This document shows, one piece after another, positions 19,400 to 28,867 of a stretch of 64,000 nt of DNA. The translations under genes and the position numbers were made by a program. Under the pieces are notes generated by a model. That model was not told the origin of the DNA. It saw nothing but the letters and a program-made list of their open reading frames with translations, and did no database searches. Position 1 is the first letter of the stretch; each line of letters opens with the position of its first letter. This DNA comes from Candidatus Latescibacterota bacterium (GTDB lineage: Bacteria > Latescibacterota > UBA2968). The stretch is from the NCBI GenBank assembly GCA_965204375.1, contig OZ241986.1, forward strand, positions 5,824,001 through 5,888,000, in the 5' to 3' direction.

Positions 19400-20587
19400 T
19401 CAAGGTGCAGTGGGAGCCTTAATCACATAATTTTCAGATTCACCCGCAGGCCTTGGACAAAAGTGGCGAAAATCGCATGCTACACATGTCGCCTCATCAT
19501 CACAGTTTGGGGCCCAAGCCTGAAGGATATCGCTACCAGTCGCTTCTGCGATAACATCTTCCTCTGCTTGACGGACAACATCATCAAAGGACGCGAGAGC
19601 ATGTGTAATGCTGCTAGGAGTGATCGGAATAACTCGAATGGCTCTACGCAGACGAAAATCAAGCGATAGTTGACTTGTATCCATGCCCGCACTCCACATT
19701 CTGACAATCTGCTCATCTTGAGAGCCATTTTCAGGCACCATATCTGTTGAGTTGTTAGATAGGCCGCGTTGAAGTTCTTTCATCTCTGTGTCACCAGGTG
19801 TCAACTCGTTTATGTAGATCAGGATTCCTGCCACAACTCGTAGTGCCTCAGGCTGTCGTTCTCTGAGCCAAGCGTATGTTTGAACTTGCCAGTCTCCTTG
19901 CTCCCAATACGCTTCATTAGTCAAGGGACGTCTCGCGCCCTTATAGTCAACAATAACCTCGAAGGTTTCTGGTAGGTCTGGACAAACTTGCTGAACGCAT
20001 TGACGAATAAGATTATCGTCAGAGGCGTTCGAAAGGGTTACATGGGTCAAGACGTCAATAACGCCATGTACCTCATAGTTATCGCAGCGAAGAACCTGCC
20101 CTTGAGATGGCACAGGTCTTGTTCCAATCACCCTGCTTTCTGTAGAAGCGATAAGCGGAAACAAGTGTGGTCCCAACTCGTTTACCGCAATCTCAACACG
20201 ATGGTATGCCGAGTCACGAGCGGCGGTACTGCGAGCTTGTTTGCCCTGATGCCGAAGAGAGTTCTCTACTGCCTCGGCAAATTTGCCAATATCATGGTCC
20301 ATCCAATTTGGAGGATTCTGCCGCCATTCGCGTTTTGTGCAGGGCCAAGGAAAAGCAGGTGGTTGTTGATCGCTTTGCCGTAACTGATCCCAAAAACGAT
20401 ACGCCATTTCTAATGTGCCATGCAGAAACTCACCAAACCAGAGTTGTACCGGCCTCGAAGGAGGCAAGGCACTGCCATTATGGTATCGATACTGTAGCCG
20501 ACAGCGCAAGTATGATAAGAGATCGCCTGTGAGTGAATAAGACGGAACAATGTGTTCCGGTCGTTTGACTTCGAGTTCCATATCCAA
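19400..20587 (-). CDS. PD-(D/E)XK nuclease, AddB/Cas4-like, with predicted Fe-S staple
   Basis: N-terminal Cys (RCRLQY), GEFLH, GVIDV, VDYKG, QVQTYAW and C-terminal CVACDFRHFCP. Confidence 0.85.
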   Translation of the reverse strand: MDMELEVKRPEHIVPSYSLTGDLLSYLRCRLQYRYHNGSALPPSRPVQLWFGEFLHGTLEMAYRFWDQLRQSDQQPPAFPWPCTKREWRQNPPNWMDHDIGKFAEAVENSLRHQGKQARSTAARDSAYHRVEIAVNELGPHLFPLIASTESRVIGTRPVPSQGQVLRCDNYEVHGVIDVLTHVTLSNASDDNLIRQCVQQVCPDLPETFEVIVDYKGARRPLTNEAYWEQGDWQVQTYAWLRERQPEALRVVAGILIYINELTPGDTEMKELQRGLSNNSTDMVPENGSQDEQIVRMWSAGMDTSQLSLDFRLRRAIRVIPITPSSITHALASFDDVVRQAEEDVIAEATGSDILQAWAPNCDDEATCVACDFRHFCPRPAGESENYVIKAPTAP

Positions 20588-20606
20588 TTACCAGGAGTGT
20601 GTTGGA

Positions 20607-22982
20607 TTATATTTGTAAGAACGGCGGTTCAACAATAACTGGAGGTCGGCGACTACTGTATTCCTGCCTCCATGGCCAAGTCTCGTCGCGACACCAGCCC
20701 AAAGCGATATTTGGAATCGTACTTCCCGTAAGAGTTCTTCCGGTTCCGTAGCGCAAGCAGTTCTCGCACCCCACGAGCATCAGCACGGACTGAGGGCGGC
20801 TGTAAGCGACGTAGTAGAGTCGAACCAAGTCGTCAAATGTACGATCTATTGCTCTACGATTTCCCCGAAGAGGAGCGATTAGATGAGGTTCAACGTCATC
20901 TTCAGCTTGTACGACATTTGATATTTGATTCGGAAATCTCAAAAATCGCTGTGTCCAATGATTGGTCTTGAAGCGACTTCCAACATCAACGATTACCAAC
21001 GGAAACTCCAATCCTTTTGCTTGGTGGATTGTCATAAGTTGTAGTCGGTCACGCGGAACACTTGGCATAATGTCTTCATCAACATCAACCTCGTTCTCTG
21101 CAATCGGTATAAGTGCATCACGAACGAAGCTTAATCTGCTTAAAAGTGCATTGTCGTCATCATTAGCATTGTTCTGAAGGAGTCGCATACCATAGGGAGA
21201 TGCCATGCTCGCGCTCGCAATGATGCGCGTAATAGCCTCCAGCCACACTTGATGCTCAGGATTACGCTGAAATTCAGGCATCCACGAGATCAATGTAAAG
21301 ACAAGTTCAAGAACTGGCCAATCTTGAGGGAAAGAATCAGTCGCTTGACCCAATGCTGCGTTTTGCCAATCCTGAATAAAACCCCTGAGTGCCCGGCCAT
21401 CGTATGGAGGTGGGTTTAAATCAACAAACTGTTGAGCACTTTGCCTCCATTGCTCAAGAAAGAACCTCGCCTCATTCGTAGGCATCACTTCATCAATGAT
21501 AGTATTATTTGGATCAACTGCTAGAAGGACAAGTCCCAAGAGAACGCGCACATCAGGAATGGTTCGTAGGGCTTGACCGCGTGGATTGAAAACTTGGAGT
21601 CCATAGACTTCCAGTTCGTTTCGTAACAGGCCTGGAAATCGCTCTTGTGGTGAGTGGTTGTAATGGTTGTAGCTCTCTTCTTCAATAGAGTGAGCCAGAA
21701 ACACTGCGTCACCCAAGGCTCCTTCCTGTGACATCTGAATTTCCTGACCTGTTGCGCCAATAGAAACACTTCGTTGATCAACCAGTCTATCCAGAAATGC
21801 GGCAAGGTCTGTTGCGAGACTTTCTTGATCGGCCCTAAACATACCCAGTACAGGAATGTTTCCGCTTGTTCTGGTTGCTACCACCAAAGGTTTTGGAGGG
21901 TCGATCCTTGCAGATGAGAAGTCTGGATCATTTGTAATATAGTCGTTGTAGAACTGCACAATTTCCGATCTTGATCGGAAATTCATAGTCATGTCCACGC
22001 GTTCGGTTTGTCGCTCTGTTGCTTGCTGGCAACGTATATCAAAGTCCGTAAAGAGTTCGACTGATCCACCACGAAACCTGTACATGGATTGGTCATCATC
22101 ACCTACTATGGTCATTGACGGATCGGCCCTGCGGATCATTTCAAAATAAATCGCTTCTTGGAGAGGGTTGGTGTCTTGATATTCATCAACCAAAATCACC
22201 TTTAAGTCCTCAAGCCATTCATCAAGCGATCCACTGGACAGTCGCTCAAGAAACTGTTCTTCTAAAATTGTAAAGTCAAAGACGTTTGTTTCTTTTGCCT
22301 GCTGACGATAGCATTCCAACATCTCAACAATCAATTCTTGGGCTTCTCCAGATTGGGCATAACTATCCAGATCCACACGATCCTGTATCAAACGTTCAAG
22401 CAAGCGTTTCGCTGCTTTTAGAGCTTCTCCGCGATTGCGAGGATTCTGACCATTAAAGGTATATCGGCTCAGAAGGCCGTCAAAGATAGCCTGATTTGGC
22501 TCGTAAAAGTCTCCAAACGCCGACCTTTTCAGAATAAGGTTACTTGCGGAAGGATCTGCTAATATAGGCGCAAGTTCTCCTGGCGGACGATAATCTATCA
22601 GAGCTTGTTGAACAATACTATCCAATGTGTCAATCCTGCATCGGTTAAGATCAATCTGGTCGAGATTGATAGCAGGGTCTAAATCAAGTTCTTCGCAAAG
22701 GGCTGTCCCCCAATCCAGCCAGCGTGTACGTAACTCGCGTGCGGCCTTTCGAGTAAATGTGGTTATCAAGATATTCTCGGGCAGAACATTCTCCACGAAA
22801 ACGAAACGTAAGGCACGGAGCACAAGCACGGTAGTCTTTCCCGAACCGGGACCAGCGACAATTTGCAGAATGCGATTATCAGCATGGTTGACAGCATTAA
22901 GCTGAGCCTCATTATTTGGATTTCGCAGATCGCGCTCAATGCGACTGCTAACTATATCGAGAAAACGATCATTGCTAATCAT
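20607..22982 (-). CDS. UvrD/Rep-family SF1 DNA helicase
   Basis: AGPGSGKT, TFTRKAA, DEYQDTN, VGDDDQSMYRFRG, NFRS, TIHQAKGLEF and YVAYSR. Confidence 0.95.
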   Translation of the reverse strand: MISNDRFLDIVSSRIERDLRNPNNEAQLNAVNHADNRILQIVAGPGSGKTTVLVLRALRFVFVENVLPENILITTFTRKAARELRTRWLDWGTALCEELDLDPAINLDQIDLNRCRIDTLDSIVQQALIDYRPPGELAPILADPSASNLILKRSAFGDFYEPNQAIFDGLLSRYTFNGQNPRNRGEALKAAKRLLERLIQDRVDLDSYAQSGEAQELIVEMLECYRQQAKETNVFDFTILEEQFLERLSSGSLDEWLEDLKVILVDEYQDTNPLQEAIYFEMIRRADPSMTIVGDDDQSMYRFRGGSVELFTDFDIRCQQATERQTERVDMTMNFRSRSEIVQFYNDYITNDPDFSSARIDPPKPLVVATRTSGNIPVLGMFRADQESLATDLAAFLDRLVDQRSVSIGATGQEIQMSQEGALGDAVFLAHSIEEESYNHYNHSPQERFPGLLRNELEVYGLQVFNPRGQALRTIPDVRVLLGLVLLAVDPNNTIIDEVMPTNEARFFLEQWRQSAQQFVDLNPPPYDGRALRGFIQDWQNAALGQATDSFPQDWPVLELVFTLISWMPEFQRNPEHQVWLEAITRIIASASMASPYGMRLLQNNANDDDNALLSRLSFVRDALIPIAENEVDVDEDIMPSVPRDRLQLMTIHQAKGLEFPLVIVDVGSRFKTNHWTQRFLRFPNQISNVVQAEDDVEPHLIAPLRGNRRAIDRTFDDLVRLYYVAYSRPQSVLMLVGCENCLRYGTGRTLTGSTIPNIALGWCRDETWPWRQEYSSRRPPVIVEPPFLQI

Positions 22983-23039
22983 AGGATGTCTTTAGTTTTC
23001 CGTACAAAAGGAACGTGTTGTGGTCATTGCACTTCTCCA

Positions 23040-24863
23040 TTAGATGTTCCCATACCTTGCTTCTAAAAAGGAAGCGATGCGTCCATTTGCATCTTCAGTC
23101 TTCACGGGCAGGGGAACTGCCTCAAGACCGGTCGCATCATGGCTGACCAGAAGCCACTGCCCTTTAACAAATTTAAATGTCTGATTCAACATCTCATTGC
23201 CGAAACCAAAAGCCTCAGAAACGGCCGTGCGGTCACTGGCTCTTGGCAACTTTGAGATAAAGTAGGTATGTGGCTGAGACATAATATTGGTATCGAGATA
23301 GCGAATCCGTTGTGTTGCTATGCCGAGGCCAATTCCAAATTTCCTTCCGCGCCGTGCAATCGTTTCAGCAATTTTAGCTGAGTCTTCATAGCTACCCCGG
23401 CCACCTGCACGGATAAATTCATCAGCTTCGTCGAAAATAAAGCCGACGATCGGATCAATGACACCATTAAGCCTTCGGCTTTCATACAGTTCACTTCCAA
23501 GATTGTGCGAAAACTCTCTGAGGTCGTCAGGACTATGAGATTGGATTATCCAGAGAGATTTATGGGTATTATCATTTAAATCATCTATAATTTCGGGCAG
23601 GGTTGTACTCGCAGCCAAGTTTTCGGCTGTTGACCTTTCAAGTTCTTCGAGTTTGGCAATATGGTTGGCATAGTCATCCTGGAACTCAGCATGTTGCGGA
23701 TGTTCAAGCAGTTCCTCCAATTTCTCCTTGATGCGCTTCGCGAGATCAGGGCTAAAATGCGTTTCTTTATAGTCAGTTCTGATATTGGATTCCCTCAATA
23801 CTATTTTGTTTAACTCCATTCTATTTCTAAACTTCGTTTGCCGTCTTTCTTTTGCCCAAGTAACCACCTCATTAGTAAAGAAGAGATCCCACACAGTGAT
23901 GCTTTTCGATTCATTGAAATAGCGTACTTTCTCACTTTTGATAAAATCGAGAAGGGCCCAGCCCATTTTATTTCGCCTTCCCTGAAGAGCTTTGGGAAGA
24001 AGGGTGTATTGCAGGAGTTGCCTTGTCGCCTCTTTATCATTCGGTGCTCCATATAGTTTGTTAATGTATTTAAAAGTTCCTTCAGGCAAGGAGTTCCTGC
24101 CAATAGTGAGCAGACGACCATCAATATTTTTTGAAAGAAGTTGATCAATTAACAAGCCAGTATATTCACTCATTAGATCAAAGAACACTAACTTGACCGG
24201 TTCTTGTGTCGATTCAAAAATTTTTGCTACTGCCGTTGACAAAAGGTTGGATTTACCCACACCAGTAAAACCGAAAATAGCAAAATGAGTACGGAGCAAC
24301 TCGTCAATACGCATCAGAATCTCAACATCTGGATCGCGTGCAAGTGTTCCGATTACAGTGAGATTCTTTTCGTTTTTTGTATCAATACCATTATTAGCAA
24401 TCAGATTTGTAGTTTCACTATCGAGTACGCGAACCTTAGATCCGACCATTGCCATGTTTGTCTCGGGTTCAATACTAAGAGATGTGTCGTCATATGATTC
24501 TGGTTCCACAACTTCCAAGAATGTTGGAATAGCTGTAGCTTCAATCTTCGTTGTTTCCTCTGTCGCCTCTTTATCCTGCGATTCCCAATCCTGCGCCGCG
24601 CTACGAGCAGCTTCAACAACGAATCCTGGATAACCCAAGTTTCCGCTCTGCAAGGCAAAATGCGAAGGCATTACTGAAGTAATTTCCAATATGGACCAGC
24701 GACGAAAACCAGCATCTGAACCGAAGTTCGCAACTGCCAGCATTGTTCCTTCCTGGATTTTATTTATGGATTCACGCGTGTAATCGAACCAAATAGAGTA
24801 CCGAAACCGCGTATCCGGCGATTCCTCCATTGACATCAGAGTACCTTCAAGCTTTGTGAACAT
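23040..24863 (-). CDS. herA: HerA-family ATPase/translocase
   Basis: HFAIFGFTGVGKS, FDLMSEY, FIFDEAD and RRGRKFGIG..ATQR, with an N-terminal HAS-barrel-sized region. Confidence 0.85.
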   Translation of the reverse strand: MFTKLEGTLMSMEESPDTRFRYSIWFDYTRESINKIQEGTMLAVANFGSDAGFRRWSILEITSVMPSHFALQSGNLGYPGFVVEAARSAAQDWESQDKEATEETTKIEATAIPTFLEVVEPESYDDTSLSIEPETNMAMVGSKVRVLDSETTNLIANNGIDTKNEKNLTVIGTLARDPDVEILMRIDELLRTHFAIFGFTGVGKSNLLSTAVAKIFESTQEPVKLVFFDLMSEYTGLLIDQLLSKNIDGRLLTIGRNSLPEGTFKYINKLYGAPNDKEATRQLLQYTLLPKALQGRRNKMGWALLDFIKSEKVRYFNESKSITVWDLFFTNEVVTWAKERRQTKFRNRMELNKIVLRESNIRTDYKETHFSPDLAKRIKEKLEELLEHPQHAEFQDDYANHIAKLEELERSTAENLAASTTLPEIIDDLNDNTHKSLWIIQSHSPDDLREFSHNLGSELYESRRLNGVIDPIVGFIFDEADEFIRAGGRGSYEDSAKIAETIARRGRKFGIGLGIATQRIRYLDTNIMSQPHTYFISKLPRASDRTAVSEAFGFGNEMLNQTFKFVKGQWLLVSHDATGLEAVPLPVKTEDANGRIASFLEARYGNI

Positions 24864-24866
24864 AAC

Positions 24867-26693
24867 TTACCTCTTAGCAGAATCTCTGGTTGTTCTAAAA
24901 GTGTGGCTGAGTGGATTGCTATTCAGCACTATTGTTGACGAGTCAATGGTTTTGCCAACCCATCGGCCCATACTTTTAGCTCCCCAATCCGCTTTGTGCA
25001 GCGGGTCTGGATATCCAATGGCCTCAGCAAAGTGATTCTTGGTTAAAACGGATAACAAATACATCATTATTGTTTGGCCACGGTTGATATGTTCTGAATC
25101 TTTCCAAGCGAATGGCTCAATACGGCCCAATGAGTTTGTCTCGATTGGAATTGATGTGGGGGAAGTTTCTGTATCAACAGAATCGAAAGATGGCTGTAAG
25201 AGCCTTTCTATGAAAACAACATGGCCCATTAACGGATGCCTTTTCTCACGACTTAAAAAAAACTGCCCCAGCGACTTCATAAAAAGACGTTCTTGGTTTA
25301 CAATCGGCCCCATTACGCCACCGACCTGGGTCTTACCCGTCTCATCATCGCGCTCGCGATGGAGTGTCATAAATGCTGAATCAAACTCAATCGTTGCCCA
25401 TGGTGCTTCGAGATTAGAGTCAAAACGCGGCAACGCCTCACAGAGCATTCGATCCGTCCAGGGCAGTGTATTGACCGTTAGATCGCGAAGTTGGGGATGA
25501 AAATCTGTCTCCAGCGTCACCCCAAAATAATTGCGACCAAAATAACGAGACGCTGAATCTTTTATGATTCCATAAAGTAGAACTTTCCGTTCCCAACTTA
25601 CTTCAATCAGCATCCGCATTCCAACGGCAACAAGAAATTTCAAATCATTGGAAGACATCCAGTGTTTCCGCAAGACTCCAGAATGATCCGTAGTTTCGTA
25701 TTGAAGTGCAGTTGGGTCTTTTTCAAGGAAAAGCCGCTTACAAATATTCTGAAAGAAAGCTTTTGTGTAGTCCCAGGATTCGCGAACATTTACTAAAGGA
25801 ACTCCGCTCTCGTCTAAAACTCCACGTCTAACTAACCAGCCAAGTGCTCTTCTAAGACTGGCAATTTCTACACCGTAGATTTGAGCAATTGCATCCAGAT
25901 TTATCGGCTGCGTAGGCTCTCTCAAGAGTGAAGCAATAATTGTCCTGGGACGATCCATATTCTTGCTTGAAGGTATGCCAAACATATCGTTCACGGGTTG
26001 AGCATAAGCGACTGCTATATCTGCTTTCGTCAGTTTTCTGCGGTCATAAGGATAGCCCACCAAACCGATCTTATCTTGAGCTTGGGCTACATTCGCGAGA
26101 ACTGATGAAGGAGACAAATCCATCAAAACAAGATGAGGTGCATCTAAAGCAGATGATGTGATGGCATTGATTGCCAGGAAAATCTCAGCCAATTGCATTA
26201 TTTGGGTGTGAACACTCGCTACGTTAGCTTCTTCCTCATTTGTTGCTAAAAATTGCTCACCGTGTGGCTGGATTTCTTCAAGTCTCGCAAACGGCACAGG
26301 AATCCAGGCAACCATGGAAACATCCTCTTCGAGGCTCCAGCGCTTGTAGTGAACTTTATGGTCGCCAGCATCCAGTTCGAGTTCTCCGCGTGCGCCATAA
26401 GCTCCTCCAAAAAAAGTGAGCATATCGGCAAATTGCTCTTTCCTACATGTGCCATCTATTGCAATAAATTGGAGTTGCCGTGTCCCTAAAGCACGTTCTA
26501 TATTTTCCTGTAGTCGATCACAACCTCGCTGCGACAAAAATCTGTCACGAAAATGAACGATCTGTGTCGAGAGAAACTGCTCATAAAATTCTTTGGCGGC
26601 GGAGAGTCGCTCTGAAACAAGCTCGTTGTATTGGTCTCGTCCAACATTTAAGGCGTCTCGGTAAGCGGTGCTAATGTCAGATACCCTGGACAT
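24867..26693 (-). CDS. nurA: NurA-family nuclease
   Basis: IAIDGT, MQLAE, VLMD, GIIKDS and GYPDPLHKAD. Probable start is the ATG at 26693, which overlaps the upstream stop; directly upstream of herA. Confidence 0.8.
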   Translation of the reverse strand: MSRVSDISTAYRDALNVGRDQYNELVSERLSAAKEFYEQFLSTQIVHFRDRFLSQRGCDRLQENIERALGTRQLQFIAIDGTCRKEQFADMLTFFGGAYGARGELELDAGDHKVHYKRWSLEEDVSMVAWIPVPFARLEEIQPHGEQFLATNEEEANVASVHTQIMQLAEIFLAINAITSSALDAPHLVLMDLSPSSVLANVAQAQDKIGLVGYPYDRRKLTKADIAVAYAQPVNDMFGIPSSKNMDRPRTIIASLLREPTQPINLDAIAQIYGVEIASLRRALGWLVRRGVLDESGVPLVNVRESWDYTKAFFQNICKRLFLEKDPTALQYETTDHSGVLRKHWMSSNDLKFLVAVGMRMLIEVSWERKVLLYGIIKDSASRYFGRNYFGVTLETDFHPQLRDLTVNTLPWTDRMLCEALPRFDSNLEAPWATIEFDSAFMTLHRERDDETGKTQVGGVMGPIVNQERLFMKSLGQFFLSREKRHPLMGHVVFIERLLQPSFDSVDTETSPTSIPIETNSLGRIEPFAWKDSEHINRGQTIMMYLLSVLTKNHFAEAIGYPDPLHKADWGAKSMGRWVGKTIDSSTIVLNSNPLSHTFRTTRDSAKR

Positions 26694-28425
26694 GATTACC
26701 TTTCTGAATGCGCTCATACAGCATGAGTGTGTTGTGTGCTCCCCGTCGCTTGTTCCGATTCGCTCCTCGAAAAATGAGGGTATGTATCCCAATTTCCTTG
26801 CAAAAGGGGCATTCGCACATTCGCCAGGGTCGCTCTTCCAATGTTCGGCGGTATTGTTCACGCATGGACTGCGTTTCACTGGATCTCGCCAAATGCTGGT
26901 CATAACTAAGAAGGGCTTCAAGAACTTCATTAACAGTCGCTTGATCTTTGTCATATCGGCATAGCAAGTCCAAAACTTTTCGTTCCTCTTGCTCCAGTTC
27001 AGCGATGTCTGCATTTGCCTCTATTAATCGCCTGCGTGTACGTCCGTCACTCGTCATTGGTACTCGCAATGCTACATACCACTTTCTATTTTTACCAAGG
27101 TAATTCTGACCAGATCGAAGCCACGCTTTTCGGAAGTACGTTGCGCTGTCAAAGCTGTCAATCTTGAGTTCTTGAAACAGTCTTTGGAGTTTAGGACGAA
27201 AGATTCCAAAGAGATGTATCCATGGCCGTTCTTTGAGATCGTCAGCAGCAGCGACTACTGCCTGCACTATGTTTTCAATCTCGCTATCTTTCAGCGGTAC
27301 AAGGCCACCAAGAGCTATGTGGCGATATCCAAAGTCATAATAGTCTCGAACAGATTGAGCGTACTGATCCGGACTGAGGGCCTGGATAGTCCCAACCGGA
27401 TTGAATACAGCTTTCCGTTTATTGGTAGCTTCTATGAATGCCTTAGCATTCTCCCGAGTGAGGTCCACTCGCTCTTGGCGTTCATCATCAGAAAGAAGAA
27501 TCTTTGTGCCATTTTTGATAATTTTTTTTACTGGAATGTGATCAACCGATGCCCCAAAATTGAAGCCATATAACTCGTACAGCGAGACAGCTTGTTCTAC
27601 GGAAATCGTTGGCAAATCCTCGTTTACATAGCTGAATGCACCACAATCGCCAAAGAGATACTGGTGCGACGAAAGACCGAATTGGCTACGTAATGGTAGA
27701 GGCGACAATGATCCGAGTTCCGTTCCTCTCAGTCTTCGTAAGGGACCTTTCGATGTCCCATTCTGGGCAAGGCTGAGGAGGACACCGTCGCACATTTGTT
27801 CGGGCTGCATCAAGACGCAACAGTGTTTGTCTCCTCTTTCTTCACGAGTCTTTCCCGAGAAGGCATCTTGCTCAAAGTCGAAATTCGGATCCAGGAGATC
27901 GTCCCAATCCGGAAGAAAATAGCTGCGCTTTCCTGTGCCTCCCTCAACCTCAACTTTCTCACGTCGGTCAGATGAAGTACTCTCAAGGAAAGACTTGATA
28001 TTACTCATTTTTCTTCCAATGCCGCCCTGAAACACTTCTTGACTAATATCGGAGGAATCCAGTGCAGGCTGCAGAGCATTAAGATAGTCTTTTCCAACGG
28101 ACAAATGAACAGTATGGTGATCACGAGTCCATTTTTTGAGAATATTAGAATACTCTCTGGCTTTTTCTTGATATATAGATGCGTTCATTCTCATGTCGTA
28201 ATATTCGATACCCTTCAAGCTACCGAACAAACCATATTTCGCCGAAAGAACCGCAATGGAGACATTTGACGGCCATTGATGTTCTTGCAGGAACTTTCTG
28301 ATAACCCGAAATGGGGGACCATCGTAACGATCAATCGCAGGGAGTAAACCATCGCACTTCCGTTTGGTCTGCGAACAACCGAGAATGAGTAGCTGTTTAT
28401 TCATAAGAACAAATCCCCGAGACAA
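26677..28425 (-). CDS. dpdA: DpdA-like DNA-guanine transglycosylase (TGT fold) with an N-terminal YaaA/DpdC-like (DUF6884-type) domain; start 28425 or 28404
   Basis: C-terminal part: YFLPDWDD, DGVLLS, GDCGAFSY, VDH, IQ, ALGGLVP, IHLFG, SFDSA and Zn site CECPFC...RRGAHN. N-terminal part: GCSQTK..PAIDRYDG..F..VLSAKYGL..IEYYD. Confidence 0.85.
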   Translation of the reverse strand: MSRGFVLMNKQLLILGCSQTKRKCDGLLPAIDRYDGPPFRVIRKFLQEHQWPSNVSIAVLSAKYGLFGSLKGIEYYDMRMNASIYQEKAREYSNILKKWTRDHHTVHLSVGKDYLNALQPALDSSDISQEVFQGGIGRKMSNIKSFLESTSSDRREKVEVEGGTGKRSYFLPDWDDLLDPNFDFEQDAFSGKTREERGDKHCCVLMQPEQMCDGVLLSLAQNGTSKGPLRRLRGTELGSLSPLPLRSQFGLSSHQYLFGDCGAFSYVNEDLPTISVEQAVSLYELYGFNFGASVDHIPVKKIIKNGTKILLSDDERQERVDLTRENAKAFIEATNKRKAVFNPVGTIQALSPDQYAQSVRDYYDFGYRHIALGGLVPLKDSEIENIVQAVVAAADDLKERPWIHLFGIFRPKLQRLFQELKIDSFDSATYFRKAWLRSGQNYLGKNRKWYVALRVPMTSDGRTRRRLIEANADIAELEQEERKVLDLLCRYDKDQATVNEVLEALLSYDQHLARSSETQSMREQYRRTLEERPWRMCECPFCKEIGIHTLIFRGANRNKRRGAHNTLMLYERIQKGNHVQGI

Positions 28426-28554
28426 CCTCTATTTGTGTCTGCCCTGTAATGCCTGACCCTACATGCTTTAAGCAGGGCTGTATGTAATGTTGCTTCAAGT
28501 CACATATTACGTTATAAATTAAAACTTGACATGGCGATTTGGATATGTTATGCG

Positions 28555-28677
28555 TTAAAAAAATAAGTCAGGGATGAATGGCTCCATGCCATGTGATTGC
28601 CGGGCTGCGGTTCGCGCAATCCTATATCCCTGGCTTATTTTTTTCTTAAGGGGCCGCCGCAGTGAGCGGCTTGTTTT
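28555..28677 (+). ncRNA. Predicted structured small RNA antisense to the dpdA-operon leader
   Basis: 19-bp outer stem (28557-28575 with 28626-28644) enclosing two hairpins; upstream TTGACA at 28526; GCCGC/GCGGC hairpin plus TTGTTTT at 28652-28677. Confidence 0.45.
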
Positions 28678-28690
28678 GTGTGTAAAACAA

Positions 28691-28719
28691 ACTATAATCT
28701 ACCTCTCGCGTATTGTCAA
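28691..28719 (-). promoter_or_regulatory. Sigma70-type promoter for the dpdA operon
   Basis: TTGACA, 17-nt spacer, TATAGT on the minus strand. Confidence 0.65.
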
Positions 28720-28808
28720 TATCGTGTACAAGCCGAAAAGCCTTTCCTGTCTAAATCTTATCTTCCTCTCTCACCACAGCCTTGTCAGGATTAATTCTTC
28801 GATAAACT

Positions 28809-28861
28809 GGTTGTCCAACCGTTATATCTCTGTCAGTTCTGGAACGTGCTCATCCTCATAT
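28809..28861. repeat. 53-bp direct repeat, right copy (3' end of the HigA-like gene)
   Basis: Matches 19020-19072 with one mismatch; encodes YEDEHVPELTEI* on the minus strand. Confidence 0.95.
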
Positions 28862-28867
28862 GGTGGG

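Noticed and set aside
19400-20587. cas4 as evidence of a CRISPR-Cas locus
   Set aside because: No cas1, cas2 or array is present; the gene is coupled to UvrD in AddAB-like fashion.
26694-27014. N-terminal 107 aa of the 715-aa ORF
   Set aside because: It overlaps the dpdA coding region in another frame; NurA more plausibly starts at ATG 26693.
26677-28425. Housekeeping tRNA-guanine transglycosylase (tgt)
   Set aside because: The motifs (GDCGAFSY, SFDS, FRG.NRNKRRG.HN) and nuclease/helicase context fit DpdA rather than bacterial Tgt.
28555-28677. Retron msr-msd or preQ1 riboswitch
   Set aside because: No reverse transcriptase is in the window and the enclosed region is only about 50 nt; I could not match a preQ1 riboswitch consensus on the sense strand.
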